Positions 1 to 7,729 of a stretch of DNA of 48,634 nucleotides are shown piece by piece. The stretch covers positions 1 through 48,634 of IMG/VR virus record IMGVR_UViG_3300035548_000645; one strand, written 5' to 3'. The notes below the pieces were generated by a model. That model had not been told where the DNA came from. It saw nothing but the letters and a program-made list of their open reading frames with translations, and ran no database searches. The position numbers and the translations under genes are program-made. This DNA comes from a virus (Duplodnaviria; Caudoviricetes). Numbering within the stretch: the first letter of the stretch is position 1; each line of letters starts with the position of its first letter.

Positions 1-1755
1 ATGGACGAGAAAGACCTTGCCCGTTCGCTGCTGGCCCGGTTCGAGGGGCTCGAGGAACTCCGCCGCCCCTGGGTGGACTCCTGGCGCGAGCTGGCCGAGT
101 ACATGCTGCCGAGGAAGAACAGCTTCCTCACCACCACCGCCACAACCTACAACCGGGGGCGGGCCGGGGATGAACGCATCTTCGACTCCACCCCCATGCA
201 TTCCCTGGAGATGCTGGCCTCGTCCCTGGGCGGGCTGCTGACCGACCCGGCCGCCACCTGGTTCGACATCCGCGCCCGCGACCCGGAGACCGGCGACTCG
301 GCCGAGGTGCGCGCCTTCCTGCAACAGGCCCGGGAGCGCATGGGTGCCGTGTTCAACAGCCAGGACACCGGGTTCCAGTCCAACGTGCACGAGCTTTACC
401 TGGACGTGGCCCTGCTGGGCACGGCCGTGATGTACGTGGAGGCGGACCCCGGGCAGGCGGTCCGTTTCTCCACCCGGCCCCTGGGCGAGGTCTTTGTGGC
501 CGAGTCCCCGCGCGGCATGGTGGACACGGTTTACCGGCGCTACGAAATCCCGGCCCGCCAGGCCCTGCGCGAGTGGGGCGACGGGCTGTCGGACGAGGCG
601 CGGCGCAAGGGCGCGGACAACCCGGACGAGCCCGTGGAGATCCTGCACGCGGTGTTCCCGCGCACGGACCGCGACCCCATGGGGCTCGGCGCGGCCAACT
701 TCCCCTACGCCTCGGTCTACCTGGAGGTGGCCACCGAGCACGTGCTGGAGGAGTCCGGGTACCTGGAGATGCCCTACCTGGTGCCCCGCTGGGCCAAGGC
801 GGCCGGGGAGATCTACGGGCGCGGGCCGGGCCAGACCGCCCTGTCCGACACCCGCGTGCTCAACGCCATGGGCCGCACCGCGCTCATGGCCGCCGAGAAG
901 ATGGCCGACCCGCCGCTCATGGTGCCGGACGACGGCTTCCTGGGCCCGGTCCGGTCCGGGCCGGGCGGGCTGTCCTACTACCGGGCCGGGTCCTCGGACC
1001 GCATCGAGTCCCTGCCCGTGCGCGTGGACCTGGCCGCCACCGAGGAGATGATGAACCAGCGGCGCGAGTCCATCCGCCGCATCTTCCTCAGCGACCAGCT
1101 CGCGCCCGAGGGGCCTGCGGTCACGGCCACCGAGGCGGTCATCCGCCAGGCCGAGAAGATGCGCGTGCTCGGGCCGGTCCTGGGCAGGCTCCAGACCGAG
1201 TTCTTGAGCCCGCTCATCCGGCGCGTGTTCCGCATCCTGCTGCGCGCGGGCGAGCTGCCCCGGTTCCCGGACGGGCTTACCCCGGACGACGTCGAGGTCC
1301 GCTATACCTCGCCCATGGCCCGCGCCCGCAAGCAGTCCGAGGCCCAGGGGCTGACCCGGACCATGGAGTACCTGGCCCCCCTGGTGGGCGGAAGCGACCC
1401 CTTCGGGATCATGGACAACTTCCGCACGGACCGGGTGGCCCGGCACGTGGCCGAGCTGTTCGACACCCCGTCGGATTACCTCAACTCCGAGGACGAGGTG
1501 GCCCAGGCGCGCGCGGGCAAGGCCAAGGCCGGGCAGTCCGCCCAGACCTCGCGCATGGTTGCCGACGTGGCCGCCATCGCCAAGACCCTGTCCGAATCGT
1601 ACACGGACCGGCCCAACGTGCTCACGGAACTGTGGGGGCTGCTCGCCCGGCGCGGCCAGCCCGGCCAAACCACGCCCGTGCCCGATCCCGTGCCCGATCC
1701 CGTGCCCGATCCCGAGGCCGCACCCGAAGCGCAGGAAGGCGTCCATGGAAACTGA
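1..1755 (+). CDS. T7/BPP-1-like portal (head-to-tail connector) of a resident phage-like element outside the prophage
   Basis: 584-aa ORF with podovirus connector motifs (RIFDST, GTAVMYVE, PYLVPRW..GEIYGRGPG, TATE..RQAEKMRVLGPVLGRLQTEFLSPLI). Confidence 0.9.
   Translation: MDEKDLARSLLARFEGLEELRRPWVDSWRELAEYMLPRKNSFLTTTATTYNRGRAGDERIFDSTPMHSLEMLASSLGGLLTDPAATWFDIRARDPETGDSAEVRAFLQQARERMGAVFNSQDTGFQSNVHELYLDVALLGTAVMYVEADPGQAVRFSTRPLGEVFVAESPRGMVDTVYRRYEIPARQALREWGDGLSDEARRKGADNPDEPVEILHAVFPRTDRDPMGLGAANFPYASVYLEVATEHVLEESGYLEMPYLVPRWAKAAGEIYGRGPGQTALSDTRVLNAMGRTALMAAEKMADPPLMVPDDGFLGPVRSGPGGLSYYRAGSSDRIESLPVRVDLAATEEMMNQRRESIRRIFLSDQLAPEGPAVTATEAVIRQAEKMRVLGPVLGRLQTEFLSPLIRRVFRILLRAGELPRFPDGLTPDDVEVRYTSPMARARKQSEAQGLTRTMEYLAPLVGGSDPFGIMDNFRTDRVARHVAELFDTPSDYLNSEDEVAQARAGKAKAGQSAQTSRMVADVAAIAKTLSESYTDRPNVLTELWGLLARRGQPGQTTPVPDPVPDPVPDPEAAPEAQEGVHGN
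1675..1715 (+). repeat. 12-bp tandem repeat (CCCGTGCCCGAT x3 plus partial) encoding PVPD repeats in the portal C-terminus
   Basis: Read directly from the sequence. Confidence 0.95.
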
Positions 1756-1890
1756 TCCGCTGGAACTGCACCGCGCGTACAAGCGGCTCTTTGACTGCGC
1801 CGACGGGGAGACGGTCATGCGCGACCTGGAAAAGCGGGGGTGCTTTCTGCGCTCCACCTTTTCCACCGACCCCGGCAGGACTCAGTTCCA
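1745..1890 (+). pseudogene. 5' part (codons 1-49) of a Bbp19-like small head gene, split by the prophage
   Basis: METDPLELHRAYKRLFDCADGETVMRDLEKRGCFLRSTFSTDPGRTQF overlaps the portal stop. The Y..LF....G..V..DL motif is typical of the gene after BPP-1-type portals. It continues in frame at 45730. Confidence 0.85.
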
Positions 1891-1912
1891 TAACGGACGC
1901 CGCTTGTGTCTA
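1866..1912. other. attL, core dinucleotide CA at 1889-1890
   Basis: Joining 1890 to 45732 restores the host ORF. The phage arms form an imperfect inverted repeat around CA. Confidence 0.85.
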
Positions 1913-1917
1913 AATCC

Positions 1918-3717
1918 TTAACCACGGCCCATCCCCTCGCTGTCTATGGGCAACCCCATGCGGTGCGCCCTGAATCGTCTGTAGTTCTCCAACGCCTCGT
2001 CCTCATTGTAATATCTGTTCTTCCCTGACTTCTTGGCCGCATCGATGTAGATGCCCTGCTGCACCTTGTGACAGAAGCCGGACACCGCCTCTCCATACGC
2101 CTTGGCCAGGGCGGTGGAGGTGTACTCGCCGCCGGGCTCCAGCCCCAGCTCCTCGATGGTCACGTCCTCGACGAACCGGAACACCGGCTCCACGTCCATC
2201 TCCATGGGCAGCGCCATGCGCACCACGCCCTCGACCGTGACGTAGAACTTCGGCCGCAGCGCCTCCAGCAGCTCCCGCTGCTCGTCGTGCGACCAGAATG
2301 GAAATTCACTGAACGCCGCAGCCAGGTTCCTGGCGATATCTTCCTGGGCGTCCATGTCCAGGTCCTTGGCCTCCTGGGTCAGCACGCGGATCCGCGCCTC
2401 GATGCCGTCGGCCTCGCGTTGGATGTCCTCGACTTTGCGGTCGAGATCCGCCTTGTCGAAACTGCCGTCGATGTAGAGCGCCAGCACGCGCCGCTTCTTG
2501 GCAGCCGCCTTGTCGCGCCGTTCGAGCAGCCGGGCCATTTCGGCCTGCCGTCGCTCCACGCCGTTGCGCTGGCGGATGTTCTCGATCTGCTCCCGCAGAT
2601 ACTCCTCGCTGGCCAGCCTGGTGGCAATGAACCGCAGCAGCAGCTCCTCCAAGGGCGCCTTGCGGAATTGGGTCGGCGATTCGCAGACCAGCCCCTTCCG
2701 TATGCCCCAGCTCGTGTGCGCCCTGCACCTGTAGTAGCCAAGCCCCTGCTTGGGCTTCTCCCGGCCCCCGGTGTACATGGGATGCCCGCACACGCCGCAA
2801 CGCACCATGCCGGCGAAGAGGTAGCGATCGCCCACGCCGGACTGCCGTTGAACAAAGATATTCTTTTTGTTGAGGATGTGCGCCTGCACCCTCCAGAACA
2901 GCGCCTCGTCGATGAGCGGCTCGTCGAACACCTTGACCCGGATCACGTCCTCGGGCGCGCGCTTCACCCTGCGCCGCCCCGCCTGCCTCCCGTCCTGCCG
3001 CACATACCGCTCGCCGCGTTTATAGGTGTCGTACACCCGAAACCCGATGTAGATCTCGTTGGTCAGGAGGCCTTTGGTCTGCCGCCGCCCCAGGCCCAGC
3101 CGCCGCCCGATCTCCGTGTAGTTGTGGACCCCGCCGTCATAGAGCGCGAACGCCTCGGCCACCAGCTGGGCGTCTTCGGTATACGACCAGGTCCGCGTCT
3201 TCTTGTCGTAGGCCACGCCCATGGGCAGTATGTGCGCACCACCGGCATGCTCCCCGCGCCGGCGCATGGCCTCCTTGGCCTCCATGGACCGCTTGAGGAT
3301 CTGCCGCCGCTCGTTGCCGGCCATGAGCGACTGGATGCCGCCCATGAGGAATCCCGCCTGGCTGGCCAGGTCCACCACCTGGTCGGGCATGTAGATCCGC
3401 GCCCCGGTGTCCTGGATGTCCTGGAGCAGCCCGAACGATCTGAAGTCGTCCGCGCGCAACAGCCTGTCGAAATCGGCGACCACCAGACCTTTGGCCCGGC
3501 CGGAGCGGAGGAGCACGAGGATGGCGGCCATCTCGGGCGTGTTCGCCGCGCAGGTGCCGGACACGTCGACCAGCTCCACGTGGTCGACCACGACCAGCCC
3601 ATGGCGCTCTGCGGCCACCCTGCAGGCAGCCTGCTGCCGGGCCAGTCCGGCCTTGCCTTCCACGGCCTGCTCGGCCGTGGAGACGCGCAGGAACTCCACC
3701 ACCGGAATATCAGGCAT
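1918..3717 (-). CDS. int: Large serine recombinase (integrase), 599 aa
   Basis: Start MPDIPVVEFLRVST (catalytic Ser), DRLLR motif, recombinase domain, zinc ribbon CGVC...YYRC...C, coiled coil. The ORF-track start at 3834 is probably too long. Confidence 0.95.
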   Translation of the reverse strand: MPDIPVVEFLRVSTAEQAVEGKAGLARQQAACRVAAERHGLVVVDHVELVDVSGTCAANTPEMAAILVLLRSGRAKGLVVADFDRLLRADDFRSFGLLQDIQDTGARIYMPDQVVDLASQAGFLMGGIQSLMAGNERRQILKRSMEAKEAMRRRGEHAGGAHILPMGVAYDKKTRTWSYTEDAQLVAEAFALYDGGVHNYTEIGRRLGLGRRQTKGLLTNEIYIGFRVYDTYKRGERYVRQDGRQAGRRRVKRAPEDVIRVKVFDEPLIDEALFWRVQAHILNKKNIFVQRQSGVGDRYLFAGMVRCGVCGHPMYTGGREKPKQGLGYYRCRAHTSWGIRKGLVCESPTQFRKAPLEELLLRFIATRLASEEYLREQIENIRQRNGVERRQAEMARLLERRDKAAAKKRRVLALYIDGSFDKADLDRKVEDIQREADGIEARIRVLTQEAKDLDMDAQEDIARNLAAAFSEFPFWSHDEQRELLEALRPKFYVTVEGVVRMALPMEMDVEPVFRFVEDVTIEELGLEPGGEYTSTALAKAYGEAVSGFCHKVQQGIYIDAAKKSGKNRYYNEDEALENYRRFRAHRMGLPIDSEGMGRG

Positions 3718-3886
3718 CGTTGTCCTTGGGCAGGCCGCAGATCTCTCGGGCCAGGGCGATAGCCATGCGCTGATCCTTCTCCTCGAAGGCCTTGCGCATG
3801 GCGTCAATCTTCTCGCTCCGCTTCCGGGCCACACTCAGCGCCACGGCCGCCACGCTGCCCTGGGGATTCATTTCGGTATTTTCCAT
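3694..3886. repeat. Direct repeat copy 1 (about 193 bp): 58-aa gene plus first 8 integrase codons
   Basis: About 90% identical (about 19 mismatches by hand count) to 7812-8004, offset 4118 bp. Confidence 0.95.
3710..3886 (-). CDS. 58-aa protein overlapping the integrase start; candidate recombination directionality factor (copy 1)
   Basis: MENTEMNPQGSVAAVALSVARKRSEK...KDNDA with AGGAG RBS; its stop overlaps the int start (ATGCCTGA). RDF role inferred from position only. Confidence 0.7.
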   Translation of the reverse strand: MENTEMNPQGSVAAVALSVARKRSEKIDAMRKAFEEKDQRMAIALAREICGLPKDNDA

Positions 3887-3961
3887 GCCTATCTCCTTTT
3901 GTCGCAGTCCACGTGTTTCATTTCGCCATTCATTGATTTGACGGCCAACGTCCCGGGGAGA

Positions 3962-4342
3962 ATGACTCTGTGACAGACAGAGCAGATTTCGCACCCAGAC
4001 GGTTTTACCGTGCTGCTGGGCTGGCCCAGATCCGTCCAACGCGGTCCCGGCGGCGGCAGCCCGCGCGCGATCCTGACGCCGCGCCTTGCCGACTACCTCG
4101 CGGCCCATTGCCACGCCCCGGCCACCATCGACTTGCCCATAAGCCGAACCACCATCAAGCGACTGCGCAAGCTGCTCGGGCAGGATTGGACGCTGGACAA
4201 CGAGCAATGGTGGCACGACCACAAGGCCGACCTGCTGGCGTCCACGCTGGCCCAATTTTGTCAGCGCCATGGCAAAAGCCAGGGCGCGGCCAGCCAGTGG
4301 CGTGCGGTGTTTGGTGGCAAACGGTGCAGTCATAAGTCTTAG
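3962..4342 (+). pseudogene. Possible HTH-type protein with an in-frame TGA at codon 4, or an intact 110-aa gene from GTG 4010
   Basis: ATG ACT CTG TGA then an open frame QTEQISHPDGFTVLLGWP...; HTH-like segments (ISRTTIKRLRKLLG, FCQRHGKSQGAASQWR). Confidence 0.4.
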
Positions 4343-4400
4343 TCCTTATCGCCTTCGGAAATATTCTCAGTTATTGTGTGTGTCGCCAGCACGCACAAGG

Positions 4401-4631
4401 TCATTTGTGTGTGTTGGGATTATCAGTTTGTATTATCGCGTCGGACAGCATGACCGAATTGTCGATCTCATCAAGCCGAGCAATGCGTTTACCGAAAGAG
4501 GATTCCCATAGGTCAGACTGTGCCGTCAGTGATGTTTCTGCATCGCCATAATCTTCGGCCACAATGTACGCCGTTCGATTGTAGTGGGCGTAAGGTCCGG
4601 ACTCTAAAATGGCTTTGAATAATTTCATCAT
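4401..4631 (-). CDS. Hypothetical protein
   Basis: Small ORF in a tightly coupled lower-GC leftward operon. Confidence 0.6.
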   Translation of the reverse strand: MMKLFKAILESGPYAHYNRTAYIVAEDYGDAETSLTAQSDLWESSFGKRIARLDEIDNSVMLSDAIIQTDNPNTHK

Positions 4632-4813
4632 TCACCTTCTTCGGTTGTATTCTGCGACTTTTCCAACTCTGCCGCTTTTTCAGCTAATTCCTTTGCCATT
4701 TTAATGGCTTCCAGTTTCATTTTGTCCGTCACGTATGACCAGACCATGACGACTGAAAAAAGTAGAAACGCGAAACCCAAGAGGGCAATAAATTCGCACG
4801 TTGTATCACTCAT
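4628..4813 (-). CDS. Small membrane protein
   Basis: One hydrophobic helix; stop overlaps the next start. Confidence 0.6.
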   Translation of the reverse strand: MSDTTCEFIALLGFAFLLFSVVMVWSYVTDKMKLEAIKMAKELAEKAAELEKSQNTTEEGE

Positions 4814-4837
4814 TGGCTGCCTCGGCGGTATTCGTGG

Positions 4838-5074
4838 TTATTTGCCATTTCCGCGTCGTATCAGGTTCCGCGCAGCCCAGACTATGTAAACGACGAAAAG
4901 GCCGTGCAGGGGAGCCGTGATGCGCGAATCAACCCACTTGGTTTCAACCATGTGGACCCATCCGGCCTGTCCAATGTAATCCTGATAGAGTCCCATGAGG
5001 TTGCCATAGAGCATAGCCCCCAGGAGCATAGCCCACAGAACGGCCTTGGTTGGTGTATTTACTTTTTCAAACAT
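4838..5074 (-). CDS. Small membrane protein with two predicted TM helices
   Basis: Two hydrophobic segments. Confidence 0.6.
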   Translation of the reverse strand: MFEKVNTPTKAVLWAMLLGAMLYGNLMGLYQDYIGQAGWVHMVETKWVDSRITAPLHGLFVVYIVWAARNLIRRGNGK

Positions 5075-5095
5075 GGCTAAATCTCATGTGAGTGG

Positions 5096-5353
5096 TTAAT
5101 CCGGCATCTTGCACAGCGGATGGGCGGGGCCGGATCGCGTGGCCATCTCCATCACCTCATTTGCGTACTCTGTATCGTCCTGGGCGGCCGCATTTGCATA
5201 AGATACCAGCGCTGCCTGGGCGTACTTGTCCTTGAGCTTGATGACGAAAAATTCATCTTCTGGCGTGTCGCCGTGTTGTGTTTCTCCGGTCCGGTTGTTG
5301 ATAAGAGAATACTTGCCCTTGCCGTCGTCGTTGACATTCCTGTCCAACTTCAT
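5096..5353 (-). CDS. 85-aa phage protein, possibly an Acb4-like cyclic-nucleotide sponge
   Basis: AGGAG RBS; pattern KY.LIN..TG...FFVI..KD..A.AAL..YA. Family resemblance is from memory and unverified. Confidence 0.5.
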   Translation of the reverse strand: MKLDRNVNDDGKGKYSLINNRTGETQHGDTPEDEFFVIKLKDKYAQAALVSYANAAAQDDTEYANEVMEMATRSGPAHPLCKMPD

Positions 5354-5376
5354 GTTTATCTCCTTATGCTGAGTTC

Positions 5377-5619
5377 CTAGTCCAACTCGTCAACGCCCAT
5401 TGACGGCTTACGCAAATCGGCGGACTTAAATCGACTCTGGAAGGATGGACAGTCGGTAATGTCTTCTCCGTCGTCGTTACGGAACGCCGGACCATCAACG
5501 TCAATTTCCTGCCCTGTCTCACCACAGTACCCGCAGGGGATGATTCCCATAAGATAATCCTCGCGCTGTTCCCATTCGGGTTCATGGACGCACTGGTTGC
5601 ATCTGCTCATTTCTTTCAC
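5377..5619 (-). CDS. Small Cys-rich (CxxC...CxxC) protein
   Basis: CNQC and CGYC motifs; first gene of the leftward island operon. Confidence 0.6.
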   Translation of the reverse strand: MKEMSRCNQCVHEPEWEQREDYLMGIIPCGYCGETGQEIDVDGPAFRNDDGEDITDCPSFQSRFKSADLRKPSMGVDELD

Positions 5620-5660
5620 CTGTTTCCCTATTTTTTGACGTTTGTTTATAACTATACATT

Positions 5661-5676
5661 TTTATTACATAATAAA
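5661..5676. promoter_or_regulatory. AT-rich palindrome TTTATTA-CA-TAATAAA, operator-like
   Basis: Perfect 7-bp inverted repeat in the divergent intergenic region. Confidence 0.5.
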
Positions 5677-5700
5677 TCTGCAAAAAAACGAAATTACTTG

Positions 5701-5738
5701 TTGACTTTGACCCCGCTTGTCCCTATATTGAGGACAAG
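5701..5738 (+). promoter_or_regulatory. Sigma70 promoter TTGACT-17-TATATT with inverted repeat CTTGTCC/GGACAAG straddling the -10 box
   Basis: -35 at 5701-5706, -10 at 5724-5729, repeat arms at 5716-5722 and 5732-5738, AT-rich upstream region. Confidence 0.8.
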
Positions 5739-5785
5739 AACAACGCAGAAGGGCAACCGCTGCAAAAACATGGAGGGAAACCCCA

Positions 5786-6151
5786 ATGACCAACCCCACG
5801 CAAATCCCCAACAACACCATCCGCGAAGTAGCCTGGAACGCTGGCGTCCTGAAGCAGTTTACCATTCCCGGTTTTTTTGGTCTTGAACTGACCGGGACTG
5901 ACAAGCAAGTGGAGTTTACCGCGTCCGTCATCACCAAGTGGGCCGAAAAGCTCGACAGGGTTATGCCTGACTATCCCGCCGACGGCCTCGGCGAACTGCT
6001 TCGGGCTATGCCGCTGGATTGCTCTTGGTGGCTCGACAACCGCAAGTGGATATTGCATCAGACTCTACCGGGCACCCTGGAAATGGCGGCGAAGCAGGGA
6101 GTCATAGATATCCCGACCATCCAGGACATCATCACCCGTTACGGTATCTAG
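5786..6151 (+). CDS. Hypothetical protein (121 aa), anti-defence candidate
   Basis: GGAGG RBS; first gene after the operator-bearing promoter. Confidence 0.75.
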   Translation: MTNPTQIPNNTIREVAWNAGVLKQFTIPGFFGLELTGTDKQVEFTASVITKWAEKLDRVMPDYPADGLGELLRAMPLDCSWWLDNRKWILHQTLPGTLEMAAKQGVIDIPTIQDIITRYGI

Positions 6152-6158
6152 ACATAAC

Positions 6159-6182
6159 AGGGAGAGTCGAGAGGCTCTCCCT
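6159..6182 (+). other. Intergenic RNA hairpin with GAGA tetraloop
   Basis: AGGGAGAGTC-GAGA-GGCTCTCCCT; no strong U tract. Confidence 0.5.
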
Positions 6183-6229
6183 TAACCCGCCCGGAGGGAA
6201 ACCCCGGCAAACCAATGGAGGGAAACCCC

Positions 6230-6535
6230 ATGCACACGACCAAGTACAACAACATGATGGCAGCGTATGATGGATTTAAGGGCCACGTCACCGTGGCCGC
6301 CGTCCGTGCACAAATCCCGGACGAACTCACGGACCGCTTAACCGGCCATGAGCTGGGCCTCGTCATGAGCGCCATCAACTCGGCATACCACAATGGCAGG
6401 GCGTCTACCGGGGCCGAGGTCTACGACGCCAATCCGGTGGACGGGGCCGTCTGGATCAACGCCATCAACCGCTCCGTCGAGTGGCGGCAGATTGACGGCG
6501 ATCTCCAGTGCATCGCGCTCCCGGAACACCAATAA
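6230..6535 (+). CDS. Hypothetical protein (101 aa), anti-defence candidate
   Basis: GGAGGGAAACCCC RBS then ATG 6230; small, mildly acidic. Confidence 0.75.
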   Translation: MHTTKYNNMMAAYDGFKGHVTVAAVRAQIPDELTDRLTGHELGLVMSAINSAYHNGRASTGAEVYDANPVDGAVWINAINRSVEWRQIDGDLQCIALPEHQ

Positions 6536-6548
6536 CCTCGGAGACAAC

Positions 6549-7343
6549 ATGATCTACGACATCACGGCAGAGGAGGCGGCCCGCCGTATCCAGGTCCATG
6601 GCTCCACCTTGCGCGGGGCAATCCAGCGCGGGCTTTGTCAGGGCGAGGAGGTTGACGGCCACTGGTACACGTCGGAGGCCGCAGCAAGCGCCTGGAAGGC
6701 CTCACACTACCGCAAAGCCGACGCCGGGCTCCTGCTCTCCCCCACGGCCCATACCAAATGGACCGAAGGGGACCTTGAGAGGCTCCGCCGTCTCAAAACG
6801 GATGGGGCCAGCAATGCGGACATCGCCAAAGAGCTTGGCCGATCCGAGGCATCCATCAAGACCAAATGGAGCAAGATGGACAAGACTGGCCCGGCGGCCA
6901 CCAGGGATGATGCCCGCCAGAGGGTTGTCCGGGAGGCCAAGGCGGTCCTGTCGGCCAGCAAACCGGCCAAAGACCGGTATCAAGAGCGTCGGCAAATGGA
7001 GCGCGAGGGCCGCGTGCGCCTCCGCATGCACCCGGATGCCGTGGCGATCCTTGGGCGCGAGGCGCGCCGGCGCGGCGTCAAACTCGGTCGTTACCTCACC
7101 TTGGCCTATTGCGCGGCCATGGCCGATCCATCGCTCTTTGCCCTTGGACGGGCCGAGGCAGAGCAACAGGTGATCCGGACGCTTGAGTCCAGGGCGGACC
7201 GGTTGAGGATAGACCTCGATCCGGTCACCAAAACCATGATCCAATCCAGCGCCGAGGCACTGGGCGTCAGCCTGTCCAGGCTCATGACCGAAGCTGGCTT
7301 TGCCGTCTTGATCAGGCCCGACACCATCAACATAAGGACATAG
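6549..7343 (+). CDS. Multi-domain DNA-binding protein (winged HTH, Myb/GcrA-like HTH, two RHH-like units), 264 aa
   Basis: GGAG RBS then ATG 6549; segments ITAEEAARRIQVHGSTLR, WTEGDLERLRRL...ADIAKELGRS, VRLRMHPD...GVKLGRYL, LRIDLDP...GVSLSRLM. Confidence 0.7.
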   Translation: MIYDITAEEAARRIQVHGSTLRGAIQRGLCQGEEVDGHWYTSEAAASAWKASHYRKADAGLLLSPTAHTKWTEGDLERLRRLKTDGASNADIAKELGRSEASIKTKWSKMDKTGPAATRDDARQRVVREAKAVLSASKPAKDRYQERRQMEREGRVRLRMHPDAVAILGREARRRGVKLGRYLTLAYCAAMADPSLFALGRAEAEQQVIRTLESRADRLRIDLDPVTKTMIQSSAEALGVSLSRLMTEAGFAVLIRPDTINIRT

Positions 7344-7347
7344 TAGC

Positions 7348-7665
7348 ATGGCGATACCGCAACAGACACTGGCAACACTCCCGGGCGACGCTCCGGCAGC
7401 CGTCCGCGCACTCTACGCGGCTGGCGAATACCTGCACGGCGAACAGTGGCGCAGGCCGCTGGCCTATTCCCTGGGACCGTACTACCCGGATGGCCCGCGC
7501 GAGCGCATTGACCCTCGCCTGGTATCCAGATGGGCGGCCGGTCAACGCGATATACCCATGTGGGCATTGCGCGGCCTGCGCAAATTGCTGGAGAGCAAGT
7601 CCAATGACATAGCTCAAATCCTTGCGAAATTGGACGCCGTACCCGGCATCCAAGAAGGGGTCTAG
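7348..7665 (+). CDS. Small HTH protein, Aca-like regulator candidate
   Basis: HTH-type motif IDPRLVSRWAAGQRDIP; last protein gene of the operon. Confidence 0.65.
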   Translation: MAIPQQTLATLPGDAPAAVRALYAAGEYLHGEQWRRPLAYSLGPYYPDGPRERIDPRLVSRWAAGQRDIPMWALRGLRKLLESKSNDIAQILAKLDAVPGIQEGV

Positions 7666-7694
7666 TCAACAATCCTATGCAATTATCAGAGAGC

Positions 7695-7723
7695 TTGACG
7701 GCCAGGCCATGGCCGTATATCAG
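7695..7723 (+). promoter_or_regulatory. Possible promoter for the small RNA: TTGACG, weak -10 (TATATC or TATCAG), inverted repeat ACGGCCA/TGGCCGT in the spacer
   Basis: Near-consensus -35 at 7695-7700; palindrome 7698-7716; -10 imperfect. Confidence 0.45.
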
Positions 7724-7729
7724 GGACTT

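Noticed and set aside
1-1755. Second portal belonging to the siphophage
   Set aside because: Lies outside attL, on the opposite strand, and is T7-type; the prophage has its own lambda-type portal at 36979-38496
3962-3973. Stop-codon recoding (TGA read as Trp)
   Set aside because: TGA is a normal stop in many genes here; a single nonsense mutation or a downstream GTG start is simpler
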